A stretch of DNA of 47,164 bases from Candidatus Bipolaricaulota bacterium (GTDB lineage: Bacteria > Bipolaricaulota > Bipolaricaulia > UBA7950 > UBA9294): positions 1-47,164 of the forward strand of contig JAGLXM010000283.1 in assembly GCA_023132915.1 (NCBI GenBank). The letters are read 5' to 3'. The notes under the pieces are model-generated. The model was given only the letters and a program-made list of their open reading frames with translations. It made no database searches and was not told where the DNA came from. The stretch's first letter is position 1, and each line of letters opens with the position of its first letter. A program made the translations under genes and the position numbers. Positions 1-9,219 of this stretch are shown piece after piece.

Positions 1-539
1 GCCTCCTCGCGAGAGGCCCGATTGGAGCGAAAGATCCCACGGATCGCTGAGGTGACCATCTTTGCCCCCGGCTTCTTCACCCCACGGAGGGTCATACACA
101 GGTGGGTTGCCTGGAGCCTGACCAGCGCACCGTAGGGATCGAGGCGCTCCATCAGCGCATCAGCAAGCTCGGAGGTTAAACGTTCCTGCAATTGTGGGCG
201 AGCGGCAGCGATGTCAAGAGCGCGGGCGAGCTTGCTCACCCCAACAATCCTGTTTCCCTTAGGGATATATACGATATCCGCTTCGCCGATAAACGGGAGG
301 AAGTGGTGCTCGCAGATCGAGAAGAAAGGGATGTCCTTCACCACTACCATCTCGTTATAGTCCTCCTGAAATAAGACCTCGAGAACCTCCGCGGGATCGC
401 GGTCGATTTTTGAAAAAAACTCGGCGAACATCTTTGCCACCCGCCGTGGAGTATTCTTGATCACCTCCGCGCTCAGATAGCCCGGCCCGATTCCTTGAAG
501 GATCTGACGCATTCCTTCCTCGACTTGCTTATGGTCCAT
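1..539 (-). CDS. folE: GTP cyclohydrolase I (3' end runs off the window)
   Basis: Not in the ORF track; translated by hand from ATG 539: MDHKQVEEGMRQILQGIG...NTPRRVAKMF...FFSICEHHFLPFIG...IVGVSKLAR...PQLQERLT...HLCMTLRGVKK. CEHH, QERLT and HxCMxxRG are FolE signatures. SD AGGAGG upstream. Confidence 0.95.
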   Translation of the reverse strand, partial: MDHKQVEEGMRQILQGIGPGYLSAEVIKNTPRRVAKMFAEFFSKIDRDPAEVLEVLFQEDYNEMVVVKDIPFFSICEHHFLPFIGEADIVYIPKGNRIVGVSKLARALDIAAARPQLQERLTSELADALMERLDPYGALVRLQATHLCMTLRGVKKPGAKMVTSAIRGIFRSNRASREE

Positions 540-556
540 CTTCCCTCCTCCTACAG

Positions 557-585
557 ATGGTAGGAGGCCGCCTTGCCAGGGTCAA
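557..585 (-). promoter_or_regulatory. Putative sigma70-type promoter of folE
   Basis: Minus strand TTGACC (585-580), 17 nt, TACCAT (562-557), directly upstream of the SD and ATG. Confidence 0.55.
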
Positions 586-714
586 CCGGCGTTAGGTGTG
601 CTGGCGCACTTGTTGCCAACCTCTTATTATTGTTCCTCGCCATTTGGTGGGGATAATCAGCCACTCTCGCGCCGGAACTGGCCTGCTCTTGTGAATCAAG
701 CCCTTCTCCCCTTA

Positions 715-1065
715 AGGAAACCAGGAAAGCAACAAAAAGTCCGGCCTCTTGTGCGATAAATTTCCAAAGCCCGTTCTCATAAAAAGTCCCTTTTCTCTTG
801 CAAAGACGCCAGGGAGCAGAGGATCCTTAGTCTTTGTCCCTCTTGTTCGTAGTTCTTCCTGCATTCCTGGTCTCCTCAGCGTTAGGCAGTTGCTGGTGGT
901 CGTAGGCACATCTAAGCCAAGCCCCTTAGGAAACCAGGAGGCCAGGAAAAGCGCTGATTTGTGCATCCTTGTTTTCTCATGGCTCCCTGGATTCCTCATA
1001 ATTATTAGATTCCTGTCTATCCTGTTTTTTCTCCGTCCTTCGCATTCTTAGCGCCTTGGCGAGAG
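715..1065. repeat. Cluster of imperfect inverted repeats (REP-like) in a non-coding gap
   Basis: AGGAAACCAGGA-type unit at 715-737 and 928-950 (+), with inverted copies at 856-876 and 972-996. A second pair lies at 795-815 and 1045-1065. Confidence 0.5.
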
Positions 1066-1100
1066 TCTTGTCGTTTCATCCTTTCTCTTAAGTTACCCAC

Positions 1101-2654
1101 TTAAAAACAGCGAGGAACTCTTTTCATAAGGAATGCGATGAGGTAGATGCCCATTCCGAAGACGAACCCAAGGAGGAGTCCGTTTCCCGTGCGCAAGAGG
1201 GATAAGAGAAGCGGGGTGTGTGCGTGCGCGAACGTATTTAGGATCGAGACTTGGCCGATCAGGCCGAAGAAGATAAGAAAGGGACGCCAACGCTCAGACC
1301 TTTGGCCATGACATACACCTGCTCCAAACAGGAAAAGGAGGGGGTGGCCAAGGAGGAACTCCTTGAACCGCGGTCGGGCGATTAACAGGCTCTCTAACAG
1401 GCCTCGTACTCGTTCCTCTACACCGGACACTAGACCATCGGTGTTCCCGCTTCTAAGGAGGATGAACGTTACAGTAGCGATACTCGCCAGGAGCAGTAAA
1501 GCTCCAAGGAGATCGCGTGAGGAACGAAGGAGCCCTTTTAGCCATCCCCAGCTAGCGGAGCGGGAGTAGATGATCACCCCGATAAACGGCGGGAGGAGCA
1601 GGGCCGTTTTTACTCCCCGGAACTGCGCAACCTTCACCAGGAAGGCAGGGTGGGCGAGGATAGCCCCAAGGAGAGCTCCAGCGGAAAGTGAGATAGCGGA
1701 GAAAAGAAGCAAAAATCGGGCTCCGGAGCGCCATCCGGACCGAACATGCGGTAGCAGAACAAGCCCCCCGTAGGTTGGCGCAAGCAGGGCAAGAAGGAGA
1801 GCATCGATCTGGCGCAGTAATATTCCTCTTACCCCAAGAGCCAAGGCACCCACGTTTAAGGAAAGGAGGAGGCAGGCCAGTGGGAGGTGCCCGAAAAGGT
1901 TAAGTGAAACCAGGAGCACAAGGGCGCTTATCCCCAGGTGAAATACAATTGCAACAGGCCAATCCGGCTCGGGTGGTGGTAGGGAGAGGTTCCCCAGGTG
2001 ATGGCCTCCATCTGCAATCCGCGCGGTCACCTCGTGGTAATACTTTAAGATCTCTTTTGGATCGTCTCCAGGAATGGGGGAGAGGATGAGGGCGCGGATT
2101 CCGCGCTCGCGCACCGCTCGCTCCCACCGCGCGAGGATCGCGGTGCGTGATGTCTTCAAGAGTTCCTCTCGGGGGATCTCATGGCCGCGCACGACCCGAT
2201 GAAAACCGGCGTTCCACAGGTTGCGTGCCAAAGAGGTTTCGGTGAACTCCCGCTGTATAAGAATGCTTCCCTGGTTAAGGAGTTCGATGAGGAGAGGGTC
2301 ATCAGGTGCTAGGTTTCCCTCTTCCCACACGAACGTGAATTGGTCCTTGATCTTCACTCCCTGTGGAAAAGGGCGATCGAGGATAAGCGCGGCCTTAAGA
2401 CCTTGGCGATGGATTGTGGTCGGGGATAGGCCATTTTCTTCACGCAGGGACGAGGCCCGGATGGCGACCGCTCCGATTCCGGCCTCGGCAAGTTTTAAAA
2501 GAGGGATTCCCTTTGTTTCATCGGCCCGCACCAACACGACGAACCCCTTGTTTTTCGCTTCCCAGCGGACGCGGACGAGATCGACCCCCAGTGAAACAGC
2601 AAGTGAGACAGCTAGCATTGCTATGGCGACAATCCACAGGACCCGTTTCATCAT
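1101..2654 (-). CDS. DUF5693-family polytopic membrane protein
   Basis: N-terminal TM, soluble domain ending ...RAVRERGIR..., then many TM helices with RPRFKEFLLGHP and GQVSILNTFAHAHTP motifs. Start moved to ATG 2654 (MMKRVLW). Confidence 0.75.
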   Translation of the reverse strand: MMKRVLWIVAIAMLAVSLAVSLGVDLVRVRWEAKNKGFVVLVRADETKGIPLLKLAEAGIGAVAIRASSLREENGLSPTTIHRQGLKAALILDRPFPQGVKIKDQFTFVWEEGNLAPDDPLLIELLNQGSILIQREFTETSLARNLWNAGFHRVVRGHEIPREELLKTSRTAILARWERAVRERGIRALILSPIPGDDPKEILKYYHEVTARIADGGHHLGNLSLPPPEPDWPVAIVFHLGISALVLLVSLNLFGHLPLACLLLSLNVGALALGVRGILLRQIDALLLALLAPTYGGLVLLPHVRSGWRSGARFLLLFSAISLSAGALLGAILAHPAFLVKVAQFRGVKTALLLPPFIGVIIYSRSASWGWLKGLLRSSRDLLGALLLLASIATVTFILLRSGNTDGLVSGVEERVRGLLESLLIARPRFKEFLLGHPLLFLFGAGVCHGQRSERWRPFLIFFGLIGQVSILNTFAHAHTPLLLSLLRTGNGLLLGFVFGMGIYLIAFLMKRVPRCF

Positions 2655-2823
2655 CGTTCTATACGGTAGCGGCCAATGGCCTCTCAGGCAACGGATGCTT
2701 ACTTGCTTCTCTTTTGCCAATTGCGTCTCACTCGACTAAGCTTAGAGAGTCAGTCGAATTGGTCATTTCCGGATAAGGGAAGGTTCTAGGGAGAAAGGGT
2801 AGAAGCGTAACTAAGGAGGAAAC

Positions 2824-4620
2824 GTGAGCAGAGCGAGTGTGATCTTGTGTGGAGTCCTTTTGATCTTTAGTTTCATTGTTGGATTTGCCTATGACCGAGA
2901 GGCATTCCTCTTTCTGGACGAGATCGAAATCGGGATGAGGGGGATCGGGAAGACGATCGTCTCTTCTAATACGATCAGTGAATTTGCGGTAGAGATCCTC
3001 GGAGTGATCGATGAACCCAAAACCCACTCCGACTTCATCGTCGTTCGGGTGAGCGGAGAGGCGATCGGCCGCTCAGGTGGGATTTCCCAAGGGATGAGCG
3101 GAAGCCCTGTCTATATCGATGGAAAGCTGATCGGTGCCTTGAGTCGCGCCGCCACCTGGTCAAAGGAGATCACTCCGATCGGCTTGGTCACCCCTATTGA
3201 AGAGATGCTCGGCATCATTGAGTCCATAAAGGGTGATACCTTCTCCTTGGGTCCGCGGGAAGAGGCACTCCTGTCGGAGGTGCAACTGGTCGAGCTCGAT
3301 CGACCACCCCACACCGATCTCTTAAAAGGTTCTCCTGACACTATCTTCACCTACCCGGTCTCTTCGCCCCTTTTGGTCACCGGTCTCTCCGGACGGGCCC
3401 TCAAGATCCTGATGGAGGGTGCTGACTCCATGGCAGCCCCCGAGGGTCTCTTAGCGGAGTTCCTCCCGTTGGGGATTCACCCTGTCGTATGCGGGCTCTC
3501 CTCATTTGGTCTGACCCTCAATCCTGTTTCAGGGGGGAAGAGTGGCAGCTTTATCGATGGGGATGCGCTAGAACCCGGCAGTGCGATCGGGGTTGCCCTG
3601 GCGAGCGGCGATGTCACAATCGGCGCGTTAGGAACGCTCACCTACCGAGAGGAGGATGCGATCATCGGCTTCGGCCATCCCTTTCTCTTAAACGGTGAAG
3701 CCGCCTTCCCCCTGACCAGCGCGTATATCTATGACACCATGAAGGCCTACGATGCCTCGTTCAAACTGGGAACCCTCGGTGAGTCACTGGGAGCCATCCT
3801 CGAGGATCGTATCTCAGGGATCGGCGGGTTGATCGACCGGTCGGTGGACTTGATTACCCTGTCGCTCGACGTCTTCGAGCGTGATGCTGGACGTAGTGAA
3901 GACTTTCAGATCGAACTTGTTGATGAACCGCGCATAATGCCTGTACTCCTTCTGGCAAGCGGGTTTGAAGCGATCGATGCGGCTCTCGATCGGATCGGTC
4001 AGGGGACGGTAGAGGTCACCTATCAGATCTTTGGGGATGGGATGCCAACTCCGCTTGAGCGGCGCGACGTCTTCTTGAGTACGAGAGATATCGCCATCTA
4101 CCCGCCCTGGCAGTTGGCGAGTATCGTCTCCCTCCTTCAGTACAACGACTTTCAGGATCCTAAGATAAGTAACATCACCGCTTCGATGCAATTCACACAA
4201 AAGCTAAGCGCGATGCACATCAATCACCTGGAACTTGACCAAATTATCTATGAACCTGGAGACACCATTCACTACCAGGTTGAACTACAAATCTACCACG
4301 GGGAGAAGCGGATTGAAGAGGGTGAAATCCAGATCCCCATTGATCTTATAGCTGATTACATCGTTGTGCGTGCCTACGGGGGACCACGTTACTTGGAGGC
4401 AGGTGAGACGCCTATTGAGTTCGAGGATCTGAGCGAACTGATCGAGGCAGTCGAGGATTTGCCAAGCTACGATACTCTCACTGTCGAACTGTTCGCTCCT
4501 GATCCCTTCTCGCCCTACATCGAGGCGCTGCAAGGGGTGGAGGAAGTGGAGACCGAGCTCACCGGCTATTTCCTCTATGATGAACGAGAAGTAAACGCCC
4601 TTCTCTTACTGCCAGAATAG
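2824..4620 (+). CDS. SpoIVB-like peptidase S55 domain protein, secreted
   Basis: Signal peptide; GISQGMSGSPVYIDGKLIGAL and GFGHPF motifs; SD AAGGAGG before GTG. Confidence 0.85.
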   Translation: MSRASVILCGVLLIFSFIVGFAYDREAFLFLDEIEIGMRGIGKTIVSSNTISEFAVEILGVIDEPKTHSDFIVVRVSGEAIGRSGGISQGMSGSPVYIDGKLIGALSRAATWSKEITPIGLVTPIEEMLGIIESIKGDTFSLGPREEALLSEVQLVELDRPPHTDLLKGSPDTIFTYPVSSPLLVTGLSGRALKILMEGADSMAAPEGLLAEFLPLGIHPVVCGLSSFGLTLNPVSGGKSGSFIDGDALEPGSAIGVALASGDVTIGALGTLTYREEDAIIGFGHPFLLNGEAAFPLTSAYIYDTMKAYDASFKLGTLGESLGAILEDRISGIGGLIDRSVDLITLSLDVFERDAGRSEDFQIELVDEPRIMPVLLLASGFEAIDAALDRIGQGTVEVTYQIFGDGMPTPLERRDVFLSTRDIAIYPPWQLASIVSLLQYNDFQDPKISNITASMQFTQKLSAMHINHLELDQIIYEPGDTIHYQVELQIYHGEKRIEEGEIQIPIDLIADYIVVRAYGGPRYLEAGETPIEFEDLSELIEAVEDLPSYDTLTVELFAPDPFSPYIEALQGVEEVETELTGYFLYDEREVNALLLLPE

Positions 4621-4621
4621 G

Positions 4622-5974
4622 ATGTTCTCCACTGCAAAGATCGCGAAGCTCGTTGATGGGAAACTCCTGCGGGGGACAGGGGAGACGCCGCGCCGGGTGA
4701 TCCATGACTCGCGGCTGGTTCAGGAAGGAGACCTGTTCATTGCCTTTAAAGGCGAGCGGACGGATGGCCATGCGTTTCTAGAAGAAGCGTTTGCCCGGGG
4801 AGCGTGTGGGGCGATCGTTTCAGCTCCCACGGCGATTCCAAAGAGCGGGCGTAACGTGATTTGGGTCGAGGAGTCTCTCCGGGCACTGTGGACCCTCGCC
4901 GCTGCGTGGCGCAAACACCTCCAAGCAACCTTCATTGGGGTCACTGGAACGTGCGGAAAGACGACTACCAAGGCGCTTATAGGCCACCTTCTTGCTGAAA
5001 ATAGAAAGGTTTACACCGCTCCGCACAACTACAACACTGAGATCGGTCTTCCCCTTGCGCTTTTGGCGATGTCCCACGCGGCGCAGGTTGGTATCTTTGA
5101 ACTCGGGGCAAGTGCGCCCGAGGAGATCGCACCGCTCGCTGCCCTCCTTGTCCCACAAGTGGCCATCCTTACCATGGTTGGGCGAGGACACCTGGCTGGG
5201 TTTGGCAGTGTGGAGGAGGTGGCAAGGGAAAAGTGGGCCCTCATTAGCTTGCTTCCTCCCGATGGTACGGCGATCGTCAATGCCGATTCCCCCGAGCTTG
5301 CCCCACTTGTTCACGCGTGGGAGGGGAATCTCATTCCCTTTGGCCTTGAGAGGGGGAAATTACGCGGAAAAATCATCGGAACATTTCCAGGCCTTCGCAT
5401 GGAGATTAAGGAGCCCACACTTCATTTTTCCTCATCGCTTGTTGGAAGGCATAATGCAACTAATCTGCTGGCCGCGGTTGCCTGCGCGCTTCACCTCGAT
5501 ATTTCTCCAAGAGCGATCGAGCGGCGGGTAGCAACGTTTAAGCCCATTCCTCACAGGTTAACCCTTCTTTCCGCTTCGTTCGGCCATCTCATTGATGACA
5601 CCTACAACGCCAACCCCGATTCCACGGCGGCGGCTCTGCGAACCCTGGCTGAGCTTGAATTGCCGGTGAATCGACGATCGTTCGTCTTTGGCGATATGCT
5701 CGAATTGGGCGAAGCAGCGGCGCGCTTCCACCGTGAGATCCTCAGGCTCGCGCTTGGCCTTGGAATCTCCCCGATCTTCCCAGTGGGAGAGCTTGCAAAC
5801 CAGGCAGCGCAGGATGTGTTGGAGGAGGTTCCGCGCAGTACGATTATCTACTCTGACCGCCAGGAATTGGCGGGTTGTATCAGGTGCAGTCTAAAAGGGG
5901 ACAGGAATCTGCTCCTTGTGAAGGGATCGCGGCGACTCGGCCTCGAGGGGTTGGTGGAGAAGCTGACTTCTTAA
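4622..5974 (+). CDS. murF: UDP-N-acetylmuramoyl-tripeptide--D-Ala-D-Ala ligase
   Basis: HDSR..GDLF, GVTGTCGKTTTK P-loop, NYNTEIGLP, DDTYNANPDS, GDMLELG, LVKGSR. Confidence 0.95.
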   Translation: MFSTAKIAKLVDGKLLRGTGETPRRVIHDSRLVQEGDLFIAFKGERTDGHAFLEEAFARGACGAIVSAPTAIPKSGRNVIWVEESLRALWTLAAAWRKHLQATFIGVTGTCGKTTTKALIGHLLAENRKVYTAPHNYNTEIGLPLALLAMSHAAQVGIFELGASAPEEIAPLAALLVPQVAILTMVGRGHLAGFGSVEEVAREKWALISLLPPDGTAIVNADSPELAPLVHAWEGNLIPFGLERGKLRGKIIGTFPGLRMEIKEPTLHFSSSLVGRHNATNLLAAVACALHLDISPRAIERRVATFKPIPHRLTLLSASFGHLIDDTYNANPDSTAAALRTLAELELPVNRRSFVFGDMLELGEAAARFHREILRLALGLGISPIFPVGELANQAAQDVLEEVPRSTIIYSDRQELAGCIRCSLKGDRNLLLVKGSRRLGLEGLVEKLTS

Positions 5975-5997
5975 GGCCATCGTGCTTTCGGTTCTAC

Positions 5998-6022
5998 ATC
6001 AGCGCACGATGCGCAGGCCACC
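5998..6022. repeat. 25-bp direct repeat, copy 1 (duplicate of kdgK 3' end)
   Basis: ATCAGCGCACGATGCGCAGGCCACC, identical to 6888-6912. Confidence 0.9.
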
Positions 6023-6119
6023 GGCAACACCGCACGGCTGACTTGCGGTGTCGAGACAAAAAGGCATGGACTAGTGCGGCACGTTCCTGTAGAGTTTAAG
6101 TGAAATGCATCGAGACTGC

Positions 6120-6250
6120 GTGCAGGGGAAGATCAAAGATGATGCAACAGAGGGATTGGCTGAGGCCATAGCGCTCATCCTTGAGGACAGGCGAGAGGAT
6201 GTTTGCGCAGTGTGCCAGCGGATGCAATACGCGAAACGGTTACGGAGGAG
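6120..6250 (+). pseudogene. HicB-family antitoxin remnant (N-truncated, frameshifted)
   Basis: QGKIKDDATEGLAEAIALILEDRRED, then after a frameshift near 6201 LRSVPADAIRETVT. This resembles the C-terminal half of short HicB proteins. Confidence 0.65.
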
Positions 6251-6255
6251 AGATC

Positions 6256-6540
6256 ATGTTGACCTACAAGGCGATGTACAAGTATCTCGACAAAGGCATA
6301 CATGGCGAAGTGCTGGATTTTCCAGGAGTTATCACGTGGGGCGCAGATTTGGAAGAGACACGCCGGCTGCTGGCAAGTGCCTTGGTGGACATGGCGGAGA
6401 CCAACTTACTACACGGCGAACCACTGCCCAAACCTGATCCAAACAACACAGACCCTGATGCCGATTTGGAAGAACCGATTCACCTGCTACTGACAGCAGC
6501 GACGCGTGTTGCCCTGGTCCCCCAGGGTACAGCACAGTGA
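6256..6540 (+). CDS. hicB: Type II TA antitoxin, HicB family
   Basis: MLTYKAMY...EVLDFPGVITWGADLEETRRLLASAL...GEPLPKP; SD GGAGGAG before ATG 6256; stop overlaps the hicA start (GTGA). Confidence 0.85.
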   Translation: MLTYKAMYKYLDKGIHGEVLDFPGVITWGADLEETRRLLASALVDMAETNLLHGEPLPKPDPNNTDPDADLEEPIHLLLTAATRVALVPQGTAQ

Positions 6541-6725
6541 AAAGGCGTGATCTGCTGCGACACCTGCGTCAGTATGGCTGCCGATTCGTGCGTGAAGGTA
6601 GCGAACATTCGATTTGGGAAAACCCGGCTACGAACCGCCGTACCTCGGTGCCGCGCCATCGGGAAATTCCAGATTACACTGCAAGGCGCATCTGCAACCA
6701 GCTTGTCATTCCCTTGCCGTCTTGA
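6537..6725 (+). CDS. hicA: Type II TA toxin, HicA family mRNA interferase
   Basis: MKRRDLLRHLRQYGCRFVREGSEHSIW...VPRHREI...ICNQL; 62 aa with the conserved His. Confidence 0.9.
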   Translation: MKRRDLLRHLRQYGCRFVREGSEHSIWENPATNRRTSVPRHREIPDYTARRICNQLVIPLPS

Positions 6726-6777
6726 GCGGCAAGATGTGGTCTGCACTCGACACTTTTGTGTGATCATGCTCCATGAT

Positions 6778-6867
6778 CAGGCGGTTCCACGGCATTCTGA
6801 GATCTCAGACAAGCTCGCCCGCAAGATTTGCCGCAACCTTTTAGCGCCAAATAGACCAAGTCCATAG
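6778..6867 (+). pseudogene. HicA-family toxin remnant (C-terminal half only)
   Basis: QAVPRHSEISDKLARKICRNL parallels VPRHREIPDYTARRICNQL of the intact HicA; no N-terminal half. Confidence 0.7.
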
Positions 6868-6887
6868 ATTCTACTGGCCGTCCTATA

Positions 6888-6912
6888 ATCAGCGCACGAT
6901 GCGCAGGCCACC
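6888..6912. repeat. 25-bp direct repeat, copy 2 (kdgK last codons and stop)
   Basis: Identical to 5998-6022; encodes GGLRIVR-stop on the minus strand. Confidence 0.9.
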
Positions 6913-7878
6913 ACCCTCAAGGAGCCGTTCGGTCTCCTCGCAGGTCGCCCAACAAAGGTCGCCGGGGTTGGTCTGCTTGAGGGCGGAGATGGCAACGCCA
7001 TAGCGCACCGCAGCAGCAGGGCCGTCGTGCAGGTAACCGAAAAGAAACCCACCGGTGAAGGAATCACCGGAGCCAACTCGGTCCACGACCTCGATGTCGA
7101 ACTTCGGCCCGCGGTGGATCTTCCCATTGGCGTATGCGATGGCGGTCCAGGTGTTTCGCCACACCGATGGTGTCTCGCGCAAGGTGATTGCTACCGCTCC
7201 GAGGTGGAATTGCTCAGCCAGAGCCTTGGCAACCTCTTCGTAGTTATCCTTCTTGATCCCGAACACCCGCTCTGTGTCCTCCTCAGTGGTGATGAGGATG
7301 TCGGCTGCATCCACCAACTCTGACATGACCTCACGCGCTTTTTCTTGTGACCATAGCAATGCTCGGTAGTTGAGATCGATCGATACCTTGATGCCTGCCT
7401 TCCTCGCTACACGAACCGCCTCTTTTGTCGCCTCGGCCGCTGTGGAAGAGAGGGCTGGGGTGATCCCGGATGTGTGGAACATCTTTACCCCTTTAAAGAT
7501 CGCATCCCAATCGACTTCTCCAGGACGAATGCGTGCGATCGCTGAATCACGGCGGTCATATACCACGGAGTTGGGACGGGGGCTTGCCCCGAACTCCACA
7601 AAGTAGGTTCCCACCCGATCATCATCGGTCCAGACAATGTAGGAGGTATCCACTCCGTGCTCGCGGGCCTTGTTCGCGATCATCCGGCCCAGAGGATTGT
7701 TGGTGAGGCGAGTGACGTAGGCCACTCCAAGCCCTAGTCGTTGCGCAGCGACGGCCACGTTTAACTCCGAGCCTCCGACGTTTATATCGAGCAGGTTTGT
7801 CTGCTCCAGCCGCCGGAAATTCGGTGGTGAGAGGCGAATCATTGCCTCTCCAAACATCACAAGGTCATGGTGGCGCAT
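6889..7878 (-). CDS. kdgK: 2-keto-3-deoxygluconate kinase (PfkB family)
   Basis: FGEAMIRLSPP, GGSELNVA, DLNYRxxLWS, DRVGSGDSF; coupled to eda by a TGATG overlap. Confidence 0.85.
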   Translation of the reverse strand: MRHHDLVMFGEAMIRLSPPNFRRLEQTNLLDINVGGSELNVAVAAQRLGLGVAYVTRLTNNPLGRMIANKAREHGVDTSYIVWTDDDRVGTYFVEFGASPRPNSVVYDRRDSAIARIRPGEVDWDAIFKGVKMFHTSGITPALSSTAAEATKEAVRVARKAGIKVSIDLNYRALLWSQEKAREVMSELVDAADILITTEEDTERVFGIKKDNYEEVAKALAEQFHLGAVAITLRETPSVWRNTWTAIAYANGKIHRGPKFDIEVVDRVGSGDSFTGGFLFGYLHDGPAAAVRYGVAISALKQTNPGDLCWATCEETERLLEGGGLRIVR

Positions 7879-8528
7879 CAGGAATCCTCCCCTCTTGCCT
7901 TCCGAACAGCTTCTACGAGCAGGCAGGCGCGCTCAGTAAGGACTTCATAGCGACTCTCGGCCACCGCCTTCTCGTCCACCAGCCAGCCGCCAGTACACAC
8001 CATTGCGGCTCCGGCGCGGATGAACTCACCGGCGTTGTCGGCGGTGACGCCACCAGTGGGTACAAGTGGAATCTGGGGGAGCGGCCCTCGTATTGCCTTG
8101 AGATAACTCGGGCCCAGAACGCTTGCCGGAAACACCTTCACCATGTCCGCTCCAGCTTCCCAGGCGGTGAGTATCTCGGTCGGGGTCATCGCGCCAGGGA
8201 TGACAACCACCCCATAGCGATGGGCCATCTCGATCACATCGGGCTCCACCGTTGGGGTGACGAGGAACTCTGCCCCGGCGAGGATTGCTTGCCTGGCTGT
8301 AGTTCCATCCAATACCGTGCCCGCCCCCATGGTTACCCCTTCGAGCTTTCCGCCTGCCTCCTCGATTGCCCGCAGTGCCCCGGGCGTAGTCATCGTGATC
8401 TCGACACATTCGAGGCCACCATTGCGTAGAGCTCGGGCGATTCCGACGAGATCCTCGGCTGCCTGCACCCGGATGACCCCCAACACTCCAGCTTCTCGCA
8501 TTTGTACAAGAATTTTCACTTTGTTCAT
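7878..8528 (-). CDS. eda: KDPG/KHG aldolase
   Basis: GVIR, EITMTTPGA, GAGTV, PGAMTPTE, VKVFPA, PTGGV. SD AAGGAG favours ATG 8528 over 8549. Confidence 0.92.
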   Translation of the reverse strand: MNKVKILVQMREAGVLGVIRVQAAEDLVGIARALRNGGLECVEITMTTPGALRAIEEAGGKLEGVTMGAGTVLDGTTARQAILAGAEFLVTPTVEPDVIEMAHRYGVVVIPGAMTPTEILTAWEAGADMVKVFPASVLGPSYLKAIRGPLPQIPLVPTGGVTADNAGEFIRAGAAMVCTGGWLVDEKAVAESRYEVLTERACLLVEAVRKARGEDS

Positions 8529-8591
8529 GGTTCGCTCCTTATTGTTCATTCCTCAGTTCTTTATTGAATGTACTTTAGAACTAGCATAATC

Positions 8592-9143
8592 TTACCGCCA
8601 TTTATCGTACGTTACTATCTCATTTAACTTCTTACGCTTCTTAGGGAGGCTCGGACTGACAGCCTGAACTGGATATCCAAGTGGAAGCAAAATCACCACT
8701 CTGATCTGATCGGGGATATCAAGAATTTTCTTGACTTCATCCTCTTCAAAATCACCTATCCAGCAACTGCCTAGGCCTTCCTCTACTGCCTTAAGTGTCA
8801 TGTGATCTATAGCTATAGCTAGTTCTATAGGATACGCCACTTGGCCACAGGGCATGATACGACTGGTGTCAGTAGCACAAGCAGCTATGACGACTGGTGC
8901 CTGTCCTACGAATTCTTGGCCATGTGCGGTTTTGGTCAGTTTCTGTCGAGTAGAAGAGTCTCTTACTATCACAAACCGCCACTCCTGACGATTGTACGCT
9001 GAGGGAGCCCACCGAGCCGCCCCTAATACTCGCTTGAGTTTATCCTCTTCAACATCTTTGGTCTGATAATTGCGCACAGCATAGCGCTCTTTGATAGCAT
9101 CTATTACATTCATCGCGTTTAGCTCCTTAAAGTTGCTCTTCAT
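8592..9143 (-). CDS. Nitroreductase family protein
   Basis: RYAVRNY, APSAYNRQEWRF, GLGSCWIG, LPLGYP. True start may be the second Met (MNVIDAI). Confidence 0.88.
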   Translation of the reverse strand: MKSNFKELNAMNVIDAIKERYAVRNYQTKDVEEDKLKRVLGAARWAPSAYNRQEWRFVIVRDSSTRQKLTKTAHGQEFVGQAPVVIAACATDTSRIMPCGQVAYPIELAIAIDHMTLKAVEEGLGSCWIGDFEEDEVKKILDIPDQIRVVILLPLGYPVQAVSPSLPKKRKKLNEIVTYDKWR

Positions 9144-9219
9144 GCTTCCGTATCTTATGGAACCTTTCCACCCTCAAATTGCTCCGGTGTGTCCTTTCCC
9201 GTTCTCTATATTCCTTCGG

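Noticed and set aside
712-1051. ORFs 712-999 (-) and 749-1051 (+)
   Set aside because: Translations of the inverted-repeat array (PGNQE/SWFP-like words); no SD or protein motif.
6105-6867. ORFs 6105-6437 and 6547-6867 as real genes
   Set aside because: Chimeric frames overlapping intact hicB/hicA; only short parts match TA remnants.
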